A stretch of DNA of 64,000 nt from Thermoanaerobaculia bacterium (lineage in GTDB: Bacteria; Acidobacteriota; Thermoanaerobaculia; Multivoradales; UBA5704), in the NCBI GenBank assembly GCA_044226625.1, contig JBGAGQ010000004.1, positions 1-64,000 of the forward strand. The letters are read 5' to 3'. Position 1 is the stretch's first letter. Each line of letters starts with the position of its first letter. The translations under genes and the position numbers were made by a program. The notes beneath the pieces are model-generated. The model saw nothing but the letters and a program-made list of their open reading frames with translations. It had not been told where the DNA came from and made no database searches. This document shows positions 17,334-27,916 of the stretch, in pieces.

Positions 17334-18176
17334 TCAGCCGAAGCGCCCCGTAATGTAGTCCTCGGTCTGCTTCTTCGCCGGGTTGAGGAAGAGGCGACCG
17401 GTTTCGCCGAATTCGATCAGCTCACCCAGATAGAGAAACGCCGTGTAATCCGAGACCCGCGAGGCCTGTTGCATGTTGTGGGTGACGATCACTTGGGTGT
17501 ACTGATCCTTCAAATCCTGCATCAGCTCCTCGATCCGGGCGGTGGCGATCGGATCGAGCGCCGAGCAAGGCTCGTCGAGCAGGATGACCTCGGGCTCGAC
17601 GGCGATGGCGCGGGCAATGCAAAGACGCTGCTGCTGGCCACCCGACATACCGAGCGCGCTCTCGCCGAGGCGATCCTTCACCTCGTCCCACAGCGCCGCC
17701 CGTAAGAGGCTCCGTTCGACGATCTCGTCGAGTTCCGCCTTCTTCTTGATGCCCTGGATGCGCGCGCCGTAGGCGACGTTCTCATAGATCGATTTCGGGA
17801 ACGGGTTCGACTTCTGAAACACCATGCCGATCCGCTTGCGCAATCGATTGATGTCGAGGTTGGGGTCGTAGATGCTCTCCCCTTCGAACCGGATGTCCCC
17901 CTCCGTCCGCACGCCGTCGACGAGGTCGTTCAGCCGGTTGATGCAGCGCAGGAGGGTCGACTTGCCGCATCCCGACGGTCCGATGAAGGCGGTGATCTTT
18001 TTCGGCTCGACCTCGAGCGAGATCTCCTTGAGAGCCTTCTTCTCGCCGTACCAGAGCGACAGATGATCGACCTCGAGGATTGGAGCGTCCGTGCGTGAAA
18101 CCGGCGCGGACTCGCGTGCTTCGGCTCTCGGCGAAGGCACAGCGACCCCGCCGGGGCTCGGGGCGATCTCCTGCAT
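17334..18176 (-). CDS. pstB: Phosphate ABC transporter ATP-binding protein
   Basis: [51 protein letters not shown]; start 18176 with AGGAGG (18221 alternative). Confidence 0.97.
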   Translation of the reverse strand: MQEIAPSPGGVAVPSPRAEARESAPVSRTDAPILEVDHLSLWYGEKKALKEISLEVEPKKITAFIGPSGCGKSTLLRCINRLNDLVDGVRTEGDIRFEGESIYDPNLDINRLRKRIGMVFQKSNPFPKSIYENVAYGARIQGIKKKAELDEIVERSLLRAALWDEVKDRLGESALGMSGGQQQRLCIARAIAVEPEVILLDEPCSALDPIATARIEELMQDLKDQYTQVIVTHNMQQASRVSDYTAFLYLGELIEFGETGRLFLNPAKKQTEDYITGRFG

Positions 18177-18217
18177 GCGCTCCCTCCTGGATGAGGTTTC
18201 CGAATGGACGACGTCGA

Positions 18218-19888
18218 TCATACGGCGCTCCCGGCGTACTTCTTGCGCAGATGGTTACGCAGCGCGATCGCGGCGAGGTTCATGATCGTCACGACCACGA
18301 TCAGGAGCAGCGCGGTCGCGAACACCAGAGGCGTCGTCGCCTCGACGTTCGGGCTTTGGAAGCCGACGTCGTAGATGTGGAATCCGAGGTGCATGAACTT
18401 ACGCTCGAAATGGACGAACGGTGCATGGCTGTCCACCGGCAGGGCCGGCGCCAGCTTCACCATGCCGACGATCATCAAGGGCGCCACCTCGCCGGCGGCA
18501 CGCGCCATCGCGAGGATCATGCCGGTGAGGATCCCGGGCGCGGCGGCCGGCAGGACGACGCGCCACAGTGTCTCGAACTTCGTGGCGCCGAGCGCGAGCG
18601 ACCCTTCGCGGACGATGCGCGGGACCGCCGCCAGCCCCTCCTCCGCCGCGACGATCACCACCGGCACGGTGAGCAGCGCGAGCGTCAGCGCCGCCCACAG
18701 GATTCCGCCGGTGCCGAACGTAGGGGTCGGCAGCGCTTCGGGATAGAAGATCCGGTCGATCGACCCCCCGATCAGGTAGACGAAGAAGCCGAGGCCGAAG
18801 ACTCCGAAGACAATCGAGGGAACGCCGGCGAGGTTGTTCACGGCGATCCGGACCATACGGACGAGGGGCCCCTGCTTGGCATATTCCCGGAGATAGAGCG
18901 CCGCGAGCACGCCGAGCGGAACGACTGCGAAGCTCATCAGGAAGACCATCATCACGGTGCCGAAGATCGAAGGGAAGATCCCCCCTTCGGTGTTCGCCTC
19001 CCGAGGATCGTCCGAGACGAAACTCCGGATCCGTCGCAGGTAGAGGAGTCCCTTGCTCCAAGCGCTCATCGCGTTCGGCCGCAGCGCCTCGACCACGCCC
19101 GAAAGCGGCATTTCTTTGCTCTCCCCGTCCGCCGAGACGAGCACGACCATGTCCCGATCGAGGGCCTCGCGCATCGTCGAAAGCCGATCCGCGAGCCGTT
19201 GATACGCGGCTTCGCGACGTCCGATCTCGGCGTCGAGAGCCGCGGTCTGCGACGCTTTCTCAGCGGCAGGGAGGCTCTCGAGATCGAGCCTCTTCTTGTC
19301 CAAACGCAGCGACTCGATCGCGGCGTTGACGTTGCCGATCTCGCCTTTCTCGAGCGCTTCGACCCGTCGCCGCTCGGTGCCCTTCTTCTCGAGCAGAGGA
19401 CCCAGGGCCCGCCACGACTTCGCCGATCCCTCGGCAATCACCTGGCCACCCACCTTGATCTCACCGATCGAGCCGTAGAAGTTGCCGTACTCCAACCGCT
19501 CGACGACGAGTGCGTCGGCCGGGTAAGAGATGCGCGCCACGTCTTTCCGATCGATCCAGGCGAAGTCGAGGCCGGCGAGGTCGCGGTTGCCGATCTTCAA
19601 TCGGAGGCGATCGACCGCCGGCCGCTGTCCCACCGCCGGCCGCTTCTCGACCTCCCAGACCTCGCCGAGGACCTTCCGGCCGTCCCTCAGGGTCAACTCG
19701 ACGAGATCCCGCTGCCAGAAGTGACGGCCGCCGTTCCAAGCGAGCAAGGCGAGGATGCCGACCACCAACAGGAGGTTGAGGGCGAGCGCTCCGCCGCAGA
19801 GGGCGGTGAACGAATCGCCGAGCACGTCGGAGCGTCGGCGGCGGGCTTTCGGTCGGGAGGGGATCATCGAAGCTCGAGACGCTCTCAA
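18218..19888 (-). CDS. pstA: Phosphate ABC transporter permease PstA, long type
   Basis: [40 protein letters not shown]. Confidence 0.95.
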   Translation of the reverse strand: MRASRASMIPSRPKARRRRSDVLGDSFTALCGGALALNLLLVVGILALLAWNGGRHFWQRDLVELTLRDGRKVLGEVWEVEKRPAVGQRPAVDRLRLKIGNRDLAGLDFAWIDRKDVARISYPADALVVERLEYGNFYGSIGEIKVGGQVIAEGSAKSWRALGPLLEKKGTERRRVEALEKGEIGNVNAAIESLRLDKKRLDLESLPAAEKASQTAALDAEIGRREAAYQRLADRLSTMREALDRDMVVLVSADGESKEMPLSGVVEALRPNAMSAWSKGLLYLRRIRSFVSDDPREANTEGGIFPSIFGTVMMVFLMSFAVVPLGVLAALYLREYAKQGPLVRMVRIAVNNLAGVPSIVFGVFGLGFFVYLIGGSIDRIFYPEALPTPTFGTGGILWAALTLALLTVPVVIVAAEEGLAAVPRIVREGSLALGATKFETLWRVVLPAAAPGILTGMILAMARAAGEVAPLMIVGMVKLAPALPVDSHAPFVHFERKFMHLGFHIYDVGFQSPNVEATTPLVFATALLLIVVVTIMNLAAIALRNHLRKKYAGSAV

Positions 19889-22146
19889 AGTTGAGAATAC
19901 CGCTCGCGCAGGCGCTGCCTCACGAGCTCAGCCAGGGTGTTGACCAGAAAGGTCATGGCGAAGAGGAGCAGGGCGGCCAGGAACAACGTCCGATAGAGCG
20001 TTCCGCCCTGGGCGGCCTCGGGGATTTCGACCGCGATATTGGCCGACAGCGTGCGGAAGCCATTGAACGGGTTCCATTCGAGGATCGGGGTATTGCCGGT
20101 CGCCATGAGGACGATCATCGTTTCCCCCACCGCGCGACCGAATCCGATCATGATGCCGGAGAAGATCCCGGGCGACGCGGTCGGCAGGACCACGCGGGTC
20201 ACCGTCTGCCAACGGTTCGCGCCGAGAGCGAGGGATCCCGCGACCAGGTTCGGCGGCACGTTCGAGAAAGCGTCCTCGGCGATCGCGAAGATGATCGGAA
20301 TGACCGCAAACCCCATCGCGAGCCCGACGACGATCGCGTTCCTTTGATCGTAGGTCCAGCCGGTCGTCGTATGGAGCCAGGTCTGGAAGCTGCCGCCGAA
20401 CGCGAGATCCGCGAATGGCTTTTCGAGCGCCAGACAGAGCCAGAGGCCACCGAGCAGGGCTAGCCCGTACAAGGCCACTTCGCTCCCGGTCCTGAAGCGG
20501 TTCCTCGTCTTCCTGGGGACGAGATGCCAGAGGCTCCCGGCGAGCCAGACGACCGCCGGCAGGATCACCAAGGCGAGGAAGAGGGCCGGCAAGACCTGTT
20601 CGAGGCGCGGCGCGAGCCAGAGGCCGGCGAGGAAGCCGAGCACCACGCTCGGCAACGACGCCATGATCTCGATCGCCGGCTTCAAGATCCGCTTGTACGC
20701 CGGGTGCATGAACTGCGAGATGTACATTGCCGAGAAGATGCCGAGCGGGATGGCCAGGAGGAGCGAGTAGAGCGTCCCCTTGAGCGTTCCGACGAGCAAG
20801 GGAACGAGCGACAGCTTGGGCTCGAAGTCGTCCGTCCCGGAGGAGGATTGCCAGACGTATTGCGGCTCCTGATACCCCTCGTACCAGACCTTGCCGAACA
20901 GCGCGCGCCAGGAGACCTCCGGATGAGGGTTGTCGACCGACACGCCCGCGAGCTTGGCGCCGGAAGCGAGCACGGCCCCGTCCGCTTTGGGGCTCCAGGC
21001 GAGGCCGGTCGGTCGTTCGAACGGACCGGCGCCCCGCCAGAGTGTCCTCTCCGAAGTAGACCAATAGAGGCCCAGCTGGCCCGTTTCGTCGGCCGCGAGG
21101 AATCCCTTGCCGCGGCCTGAAGGTGCGAGATCGAGCACCGGACCCGGCAGCGGCGGAAAGTCACGTACGCGGGTGAGCCGCTTGGAACCGTCTTTCTGCT
21201 CGACTGGAAACCAGACCGAAAGGGCGCCGTTCGCCTGGCCCACGACCAACGAACGACCGCCGATCAGAGACGTGAGGGCGGTCACCCCGGACCGGCCCAC
21301 CGCCCCGATCTCGGGTTCGCCGAGTTGCGCGCCGTCGAGCCGCCACCAGAGCAGGCCGCCGTCGGCGGCGCCCGCCCAGAGGTTCTTCTGTTCCTCGTCA
21401 AAGACGAGAGCGGCGAGCGGCCGCGCGATCTTGGCCTCGCCGCGATCGACCGATTCGACCGACTCGCCGGTGATGGCGTTGGTCTCAATCGAGCGACGGA
21501 CTACGACCAGCGTGCCGTCGGCCAGCTGCGCGGCCGCAATTGCGGCGCCGTCCTCGCCGAGCTGGGCGGCGAAGACCCGAAGCGGACGGCTCTCGGGATC
21601 CATCGGCAGGAGGAGCGGCGGATCGAGACGGGGCGAGATCTTCCGCGTCGAGCCGTCGGCCCCACCGAAGGTCACGTCGAACGCCACTGGAGAGATCGCC
21701 ACCCGGCCGTCGCTCAATGCGGCGCCCAGCCCGCGGCCGCCGGACAGCGACGACGCGGCGGTCGCCGCGACTCGCGGCTCGGCGAGCGATCGCTCGGCTT
21801 CGATCGCACCCGAGGCCATCCGTACCGCGACGACCCGGCCGTCCAAAGCGATCGCGGCGGCGAGCTCTCGATGCTCGTCGGAAAGCGCTCCCGCGAGCTT
21901 CGCGCCGGGAACCTGGGCGGCCAACTCCTGGCGCACCTCAGGCCGGGTGAAGATGGGCCGAATTTCCGCCAGGATGAACGCCAAAATTCCGAGAATGCTC
22001 GCGATGATCGCGATTCCGCCTCCCGAGACGACGACCTTGGCGACTTTGTCGGCCCAGAGCCGGCGCCGCGGCGTGGGCGCGGGCAGCAACCGGCGATGGA
22101 CGGTACGTTTCGGGGCCACGGGGGGCTGAGCGTGAGAATCAGACAT
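19885..22146 (-). CDS. pstC: Phosphate ABC transporter permease PstC with large extracytoplasmic WD40-like domain
   Basis: VWYEGY...WQSSSGTDDFEPKLSL, GRAVGETMIVLMATGNTP; start probably MSDSHAQ near 22146 (ORF open to 22251). Confidence 0.93.
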   Translation of the reverse strand: MSDSHAQPPVAPKRTVHRRLLPAPTPRRRLWADKVAKVVVSGGGIAIIASILGILAFILAEIRPIFTRPEVRQELAAQVPGAKLAGALSDEHRELAAAIALDGRVVAVRMASGAIEAERSLAEPRVAATAASSLSGGRGLGAALSDGRVAISPVAFDVTFGGADGSTRKISPRLDPPLLLPMDPESRPLRVFAAQLGEDGAAIAAAQLADGTLVVVRRSIETNAITGESVESVDRGEAKIARPLAALVFDEEQKNLWAGAADGGLLWWRLDGAQLGEPEIGAVGRSGVTALTSLIGGRSLVVGQANGALSVWFPVEQKDGSKRLTRVRDFPPLPGPVLDLAPSGRGKGFLAADETGQLGLYWSTSERTLWRGAGPFERPTGLAWSPKADGAVLASGAKLAGVSVDNPHPEVSWRALFGKVWYEGYQEPQYVWQSSSGTDDFEPKLSLVPLLVGTLKGTLYSLLLAIPLGIFSAMYISQFMHPAYKRILKPAIEIMASLPSVVLGFLAGLWLAPRLEQVLPALFLALVILPAVVWLAGSLWHLVPRKTRNRFRTGSEVALYGLALLGGLWLCLALEKPFADLAFGGSFQTWLHTTTGWTYDQRNAIVVGLAMGFAVIPIIFAIAEDAFSNVPPNLVAGSLALGANRWQTVTRVVLPTASPGIFSGIMIGFGRAVGETMIVLMATGNTPILEWNPFNGFRTLSANIAVEIPEAAQGGTLYRTLFLAALLLFAMTFLVNTLAELVRQRLRERYSQL

Positions 22147-22253
22147 GGGGGAAAATATCGAGACGCGCTTCGATTGCGAACCTCGAATGGCGAGACGACG
22201 ACCCCCGAGTCGGGACGAACCGCGCCCCGATCGGGAGTCGCCCTCCGTCATTC

Positions 22254-23246
22254 TTACTTGACCTTCGCCAGCTCCTGTCCGGCAATCGAGGCGCGAAGCG
22301 GCAAGAAGCCGTCCTTCACCACGATCTGCTGCCCTTCCTGCGACAGGATGAACTTCACGAACTCGCGCACCAGCGGATCGAGCGGCTTGTTCGGGGCCTG
22401 GTTGACGTAGACGTAGAGGTAGCGCGAGATCGGATACTTGCCCGCGTAGACGTTCTCTGCGTCGTCGCTGAAAACGGCGGCCGCGGTCTTGCCGAGCGCC
22501 AGGGCCTTCACGCCCGAGGTCTTGTAGCCGATGCCGCTGTACCCGATGCCGAACCGGTCGGCCGAGATGCCCTGGACGACCGACGCAGATCCCGGTTGTT
22601 CCTTGACGGTATCCTTGTAATCGCCTTTGCAGAGGGCGACTTCCTTGAAGTACCCGTACGTGCCGGAGGCGGAGTTACGGCCGTAGATGCTGATCGGCTG
22701 GTTCGCCCACTCCCCCGTGCCTCCCACGTCGCCCCATTTCACGGCGTTCTTCTTGCCACCGCAGGCGCGTCCCTTCGAGAAGATCATGTCCACCTGCTGG
22801 ATCGTCAGGCTCTGGATCGGGTTGTCCTTGTTGACGAACACGCCCACGCCGTCGAGCGCCACCCGGATCTGGGTCGGCTTGTAGCCGTACTTCTTCTCGA
22901 ACTGATCGATCTCCTCGGCCTTCATCTCCCGGCTCATCGGACCGATCTGGGAGGTGCCGGCGATCAGCGCCGGGGGCGCGGTCGACGAGCCCTTCCCTTC
23001 GATCTGGATCCGGACGTTCGGGTACTGCTTCTTGAACCCCTCGGCCCACAGGGTCATCGCGTTATTCAGCGTGTCCGAGCCGACCGAGTTGAGGTTTCCC
23101 GAGACGCCGCTCACCTTCGAATAGCCGGCGATCGCCGCGTCGACCTTTCCCGCCTGCGCCCAAAGGGCGCCGCCGCCGAGCATCGCAACCGACAGAAAGG
23201 CCACGGACGTGGCGATCTTCGCGCGCTGCTTCATCGTCTTCTCCAT
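22254..23246 (-). CDS. pstS: Phosphate ABC transporter substrate-binding protein
   Basis: Signal peptide; SVGSDTL, GKGSSTAPPAL, GRNSASGTYGYF, YPISRYLY. Confidence 0.97.
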   Translation of the reverse strand: MEKTMKQRAKIATSVAFLSVAMLGGGALWAQAGKVDAAIAGYSKVSGVSGNLNSVGSDTLNNAMTLWAEGFKKQYPNVRIQIEGKGSSTAPPALIAGTSQIGPMSREMKAEEIDQFEKKYGYKPTQIRVALDGVGVFVNKDNPIQSLTIQQVDMIFSKGRACGGKKNAVKWGDVGGTGEWANQPISIYGRNSASGTYGYFKEVALCKGDYKDTVKEQPGSASVVQGISADRFGIGYSGIGYKTSGVKALALGKTAAAVFSDDAENVYAGKYPISRYLYVYVNQAPNKPLDPLVREFVKFILSQEGQQIVVKDGFLPLRASIAGQELAKVK

Positions 23247-23348
23247 TCTCCCAACCAGGGTAGATGACTGAGGTTCTCTTCGCGCAGCCCGAAGCCGCTT
23301 GCGCGAGGGAACGATCGCATCGGGGTTTGGCAGGTGGGGAAACGAGAC

Positions 23349-23366
23349 GTGACAGCGGTGTGACAG
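23349..23366 (-). promoter_or_regulatory. Pho box (PhoB-type binding site) upstream of pstS
   Basis: Minus strand reads CTGTCAC-ACCG-CTGTCAC: two 7-bp repeats at 11-bp period matching the CTGTCAY consensus, ~100 bp upstream of pstS. Confidence 0.85.
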
Positions 23367-23401
23367 AGGGACGCCTAGGTACGTATTAAGGCCGAGGTAG
23401 C

Positions 23402-24079
23402 GTGGCCAGGAATAAGATCGCGTTCAGAGATGCCGACCTCGGCGGCGTCGCATACTGGTACGGTGTCGTGGAACTCGTGTACAAGGATGGGAGACCAGCT
23501 CCAACCGATGGGCTTGGCGTGATTCGCGCCAGGGTTGCGACCAGCTATACGTCAAATCTACCCATTCAAGACCTCCAAGCTTGGACGTCGGGAGGATGGA
23601 CAAACTTGCCACTTTCGAGCGACCCCGCATTTCTCTTTGAGCTACCCGCCAACGGCTCGGTTCAGCCGAGCATAATTTGGTCTGGAGTTCGACATCCCAG
23701 CTTTCACATACTCAATAATGGCCAGTGGCAAGTCTTCGCCTCCGGAACGAATGCCGTCTACTCGAACTGTGGCTGTTTCGTCGCGGGCGCGGCAAGAAAC
23801 CAGATCGTTTTCCGCAATGTCGACAAATTGGGGGCCGCCAATCCGGCAAAGATGTTCGGTGATGTTGCAACCCAAGTTATCGGGGCCGACAGCCTCGGTG
23901 TCCCACGGTGTATGCCGGGAGATCACTCCAACTCCCGCAACTACCCATTTCTGTTGGAGTGGACAGCAAATCGACTTTTCTATTCCGCTACCAACGATCC
24001 AACTACTGCCCGGCCTCAGTGTCCCGTTACATCGTTCCCGGGAATGCACATAATCCGCACCTTCCTAAAGGACCGCTAA
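23402..24079 (+). CDS. Hypothetical protein, AT-richer; possibly a truncated beta-propeller/carbohydrate-related fragment
   Basis: 225-aa ORF with beta-rich aromatic sequence and atypical codon usage; stop overlaps the next start (TAATG); no signal peptide and weak start context. Confidence 0.5.
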   Translation: MARNKIAFRDADLGGVAYWYGVVELVYKDGRPAPTDGLGVIRARVATSYTSNLPIQDLQAWTSGGWTNLPLSSDPAFLFELPANGSVQPSIIWSGVRHPSFHILNNGQWQVFASGTNAVYSNCGCFVAGAARNQIVFRNVDKLGAANPAKMFGDVATQVIGADSLGVPRCMPGDHSNSRNYPFLLEWTANRLFYSATNDPTTARPQCPVTSFPGMHIIRTFLKDR

Positions 24080-25557
24080 TGCCGGCTGGCGAGGAGCACC
24101 GAGTCAAAGCAACGCAGGAGGGCTCCTCGCCCCGACTGAGTCGAACCTTGAAACTCGCGACCACCGGCTGGGCAGTCTGTGCCGCAGCCCTGGCGTTTTT
24201 CCTTAAGGGCAGGGCTGAAGACGATTTCTTCATTACCTATCGCTACGCCCAGAATTTGGCGACGTCTCGAGGCTTCGTGTTCAATCCAGGCGAGAGAGTC
24301 TCCGGCACCACCGAACCTGGGTTAGGCCTTTTGCTCGCGTTAATGAAAATCGCAACCGGTCTTCCAATACCGACCCTCGGCACGATCGTCTCCGCCGCAA
24401 GCGCCGTACTCATCGCTGCGTGTGTCGCTTGGGAAGTTGCGGACTCGAAATCAGGCAGGCTCGCCGCGGTTCTCGGCGGCAGCCTCTGGGTCCTGTCGCC
24501 GTTTCTTTGGATCCACCAGGGCGCCGCCGCTCCGCTCGCTCTCGCGATGCTCACCCTAGCGGTACTTCTCGAACCAAAGAAACCCGTCATCGCCGGGTGC
24601 TTCGCGGGCATCGCGGTCTGGTGTCGGCCGGACGCGGGACTGGGGGTTGTCCTGATCGTCCTGCTCGAATGGGCGGGTCGACGCCGATTCCCGCGGGCTT
24701 TCGCCGCGTTTGCAACCCTGATGATCGCGCTCGGCCTCGCGCTCGCGACAGGGTACTTCGGCGACCCGCTTCCAGGAACGCTCGGAGTCAAGAGAACGCT
24801 ATCGGAGATCTCGAGCGTGCCTCGGACCGGGATCCACTTTTGGTCGAGCGGCTGGCCGCTTTGGAAACGGACCGCGGGACCTTGGCCTTTCGCAAGCTTG
24901 GTCGCCATGCCTGCTGCGTGGGTCGCCCTGGCAAAAGTTCAGAGAAGGGTCCCACGCCTCTTGGGGTGGAACGCCTTGGGACTCACCCTAGCTTACCCCT
25001 TACTCGGCGTGCCTTTCATGAATTGGTATGCGTTGCCTTGTCTCGTCGCGACATTCTTCGGCCTGCCTCTTTTAGCGGTCGAATTGTGGCCGAAAGGACG
25101 AAATCCGGGTGCTTACACCGGTTGGCTTCGACGGGGTGGCACGGTCGGCGCAGGTGCCATCGTCCTTTCGCTATTTATCGGATCCGCTCGGTGGCTGAGC
25201 GATCCACCTCCTCCGCCTCGGCTGAAGCTCTACCGTCAAGCCGCCGGGTGGCTCTCGACGCACGCCCAACCGGGCGATCTCGTCGCGCACACGGAGGTCG
25301 GGACGCTGGGCTACTTCTCGGACCTCCGCATGCTCGATCTCGCCGGGTTGGTGAGCCCAGAGCTCGTCGGCTTCATCCGTCGCGGCGACTATCGGGGGAT
25401 CGTCTCGGCCCGCTCTCCGCGATTTGTCCTGTTGCGCGGCGATCGCAGCCGGCTCTCGCGGATGGCATCCTCCCCTTGGTTCCAGACGCGCTATCGGGAA
25501 GCCGCGATCTGGATAGGCGAGCGCGAGGAACGGCTCGTGGCCTACGAGCAGTACTGA
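24079..25557 (+). CDS. GT-C-type integral membrane glycosyltransferase-like protein
   Basis: EDDFFITYRYAQNLA..GFVFNPGERVSGTT, RPDAG and DLAGLVSP motifs; many TM segments; ATG 24079 is in frame with ORF 23908. Confidence 0.75.
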   Translation: MPAGEEHRVKATQEGSSPRLSRTLKLATTGWAVCAAALAFFLKGRAEDDFFITYRYAQNLATSRGFVFNPGERVSGTTEPGLGLLLALMKIATGLPIPTLGTIVSAASAVLIAACVAWEVADSKSGRLAAVLGGSLWVLSPFLWIHQGAAAPLALAMLTLAVLLEPKKPVIAGCFAGIAVWCRPDAGLGVVLIVLLEWAGRRRFPRAFAAFATLMIALGLALATGYFGDPLPGTLGVKRTLSEISSVPRTGIHFWSSGWPLWKRTAGPWPFASLVAMPAAWVALAKVQRRVPRLLGWNALGLTLAYPLLGVPFMNWYALPCLVATFFGLPLLAVELWPKGRNPGAYTGWLRRGGTVGAGAIVLSLFIGSARWLSDPPPPPRLKLYRQAAGWLSTHAQPGDLVAHTEVGTLGYFSDLRMLDLAGLVSPELVGFIRRGDYRGIVSARSPRFVLLRGDRSRLSRMASSPWFQTRYREAAIWIGEREERLVAYEQY

Positions 25558-25574
25558 CGTTTGGTCCCCTGCAT

Positions 25575-26450
25575 CTAGTTCGGCGAGATCTCGTCGATCG
25601 AATAGCGGTAGATCGCGCCGCAGAAGGCGCATTCGGCGGGAATCGAGCCGTCCTCGGCGCTGTGTAGCGGCGAGAGCTCCTCGCGGGGCAGGCGCTCGAG
25701 CATCTCGAGCAGGCGGCCCCGGCTGCAGCGGCAGCGGTACCTCACCGGGCGCTCGTCCAGCGATTCCCAGTCGAGACCGCTAAACAGGGCTTCGAGGGCG
25801 CCGTCGAGGCTCTCCCGGCCGAGGATCTGTCCCACCCCCGGCAGCGCGGCGATGTTCGCCTCCAGTCGTTCGAGCGTCTCCTCGGCGACGCCGGGAAACG
25901 CCTCGACGATCACGCCTCCCGCGGCACCGATACCGGTCGGATCGAGCAGGACGCCGAGCAGCACGGCCGAGCGCGTCTGTTCGCTCTGGTCGAGGTAGTG
26001 GGCGAGCTGTTTGCCCATCGCGCCCGACGAGAGCTCGACCTGACTGTCGTAACGGCCGCCGTCCGGCAGCTCGCGAATCACCCGCAGGGTTCCTTGGCCG
26101 ATCGCATTCGCCACCGGAAGCCCCCCTTCGGCGAGCGGCGAGAGATCGAGCTGCGGCTCGCCCACGGTGCCGCGCAGGTTTCCCTCGGCATCGGCCTCCG
26201 CGTAGACCTTGCCGAGCGGGCCGTCGCCGCGCAGCTCGATCGAGACCGAGCCGATCTCCTTGAGCCACAGGCGGAGCAGGAGCGCGGCGCTCGCGAGCGC
26301 TTGCCCGAGCGCGGCGGTCGCGACCGGCGACAGATCGAGGCGATCGCGGACATCGGCCACAACCGGCGCCACGTCGACCGCCACCCAGCGGAGCCAACCG
26401 CCACCGGCGAGTCCGGAACGAAGGGTGCCCGGTGCCCCGGCGAGGCTCAT
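25575..26450 (-). CDS. hslO: Hsp33 redox-regulated chaperone
   Basis: C-terminal part of ORF 25575..27773 from MSLAGAPG; GDGPLG, YLDQSEQ, CRCSR and CAFC zinc motifs. Confidence 0.92.
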   Translation of the reverse strand: MSLAGAPGTLRSGLAGGGWLRWVAVDVAPVVADVRDRLDLSPVATAALGQALASAALLLRLWLKEIGSVSIELRGDGPLGKVYAEADAEGNLRGTVGEPQLDLSPLAEGGLPVANAIGQGTLRVIRELPDGGRYDSQVELSSGAMGKQLAHYLDQSEQTRSAVLLGVLLDPTGIGAAGGVIVEAFPGVAEETLERLEANIAALPGVGQILGRESLDGALEALFSGLDWESLDERPVRYRCRCSRGRLLEMLERLPREELSPLHSAEDGSIPAECAFCGAIYRYSIDEISPN

Positions 26451-27907
26451 GCCGCCTCTCCTTCGACCCGTCCGCGCACGACCGCGGCGAGGCTGGCCGC
26501 CCGGTAGACCTCTCGCCAGGGCACGCCTAGGGCGAGCGCGATCCGCCGGCAATCTTCGAACTCCGGGGCGGCGACGAGCGGCCGGCCGGCCAGGCGCGCC
26601 CGTTTGACCGCGACCGGTCCGAACTCGGTCTCGACCGTGACGACCTCGCGGTCGGCTTCGATTCTCTCTGCCCGCTGGATGCGGCAGCCGAGCGACCCGG
26701 ATTCCAGCAGCAGCAGCCCAGCGAGCGCTTCCAGCTGCTCGGGCCGGCAGAGCATCGTGACGAGGGTACCCGGCCGGTTCTTCTTCATCTGGACCGGCGT
26801 GAAGTAGACGTCGAGCGCGCCCCCGCCGAGCAGACGCTCCATCAGGAATCCGAAACCTTCGCCCGCCAGGTCGTCGATCTCGCACTCGACGACCGCGACC
26901 TCGGACAGCCGGCCGAACGTGCCGAGCGATTCCCTCCAGGAACCGGCGAGCGGCTGGGCCGCGAGGGCGTGCACTCCCCGGCCGCGGATCAACCGAAAGA
27001 CGTTCGGCCGGCCCGGGGTATCCCGCTTGCCGAGGCCGTAGCCGATCGCGTCCGAGACGATCGCCGGAAATTCGAGGTATTCGTCGACCAGCTCGGCGAG
27101 CAGGGTCGCGCCGGTCGGCGTCGTGAGCTCTCCCCCACCGCTTCCATAGACGGGGATCCCCCCAAGCAACAGCGCGGTCGCCGGAGCGGGCACCGCGAGC
27201 TCGCCGTGGGCCGCCTTCACCCGCCCACCCCCGACGTTGATCGCCGAAGCGGTGATCCGCGCCGGCCGGAAATGCTCGATCGCCGCGGCGGCGCCGACCA
27301 GATCGACGATCGAATCGATCGCGCCGACCTCGTGGAAATGGACCTGCTCGATCGAAACGCCGTGCACTTTCGCCTCCGCCTCGCCGAGGCGCACGAACAG
27401 GCGCTCGGCGCGTTCCCGCACCGGAGCCGCAAGTCCGCTCGCGGCGAGGAGGGCGCGGATCTCCGCAAGATGCCTCCCGTGGACGTGGGCTCCTTCCGAG
27501 CCGTGCGTGTGCTCCTGAGGGTGTGAATGCGGGTGCGGATGAGAGTGGGGATGGGGGTGCGGATGCGGGTGATGGGGATGCCCCGGTGTCGATGCCCCTT
27601 CGACCTCTTCCGGATCGGGCCCCTCGATCGAACGGCCGTGGTCCAGCACTCGGAACCGGACGCCGGTGACCCCGCCACGCACGGCGCGGCGCATCTCGAA
27701 CCCGATCCCCGGCAGGTTCAAACGCTCGATCGTCTCGACCAGTACCTCGGGAGGAAGCCCCGCGTCGAGACACGCGCCGAGAAACATGTCCCCCGCGATG
27801 CCGCTTGCGGCATCGAAATGAAGATGGACGCCGCTGGCGCTATCGAGATGAAAATGACCGCCGCCGAGCGAGGCGTTCGAATCGGAAGGAGGGGACGAGG
27901 CGCGCAC
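26447..27907 (-). CDS. larC: Nickel-pincer cofactor biosynthesis protein (Ni insertase)
   Basis: SGIAGDMFLGA, His-rich linker, VHFHEVGAIDSIVD, ELTTPTGA, MKKNRPG, PEFEDC; start uncertain. Confidence 0.93.
   Translation of the reverse strand: MRASSPPSDSNASLGGGHFHLDSASGVHLHFDAASGIAGDMFLGACLDAGLPPEVLVETIERLNLPGIGFEMRRAVRGGVTGVRFRVLDHGRSIEGPDPEEVEGASTPGHPHHPHPHPHPHSHPHPHSHPQEHTHGSEGAHVHGRHLAEIRALLAASGLAAPVRERAERLFVRLGEAEAKVHGVSIEQVHFHEVGAIDSIVDLVGAAAAIEHFRPARITASAINVGGGRVKAAHGELAVPAPATALLLGGIPVYGSGGGELTTPTGATLLAELVDEYLEFPAIVSDAIGYGLGKRDTPGRPNVFRLIRGRGVHALAAQPLAGSWRESLGTFGRLSEVAVVECEIDDLAGEGFGFLMERLLGGGALDVYFTPVQMKKNRPGTLVTMLCRPEQLEALAGLLLLESGSLGCRIQRAERIEADREVVTVETEFGPVAVKRARLAGRPLVAAPEFEDCRRIALALGVPWREVYRAASLAAVVRGRVEGEAA
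27500..27582 (-). repeat. His-Pro low-complexity repeat within larC
   Basis: Encodes HPHHPHPHPHPHSHPHPHSHPQEHTH; degenerate 6-nt repeats. Confidence 0.85.
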
Positions 27908-27916
27908 GAACGGAAG

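Noticed and set aside
26451-27773. Apparent 732-aa Hsp33 fusion
   Set aside because: The extension is an alternative frame of larC; hslO starts at 26450.
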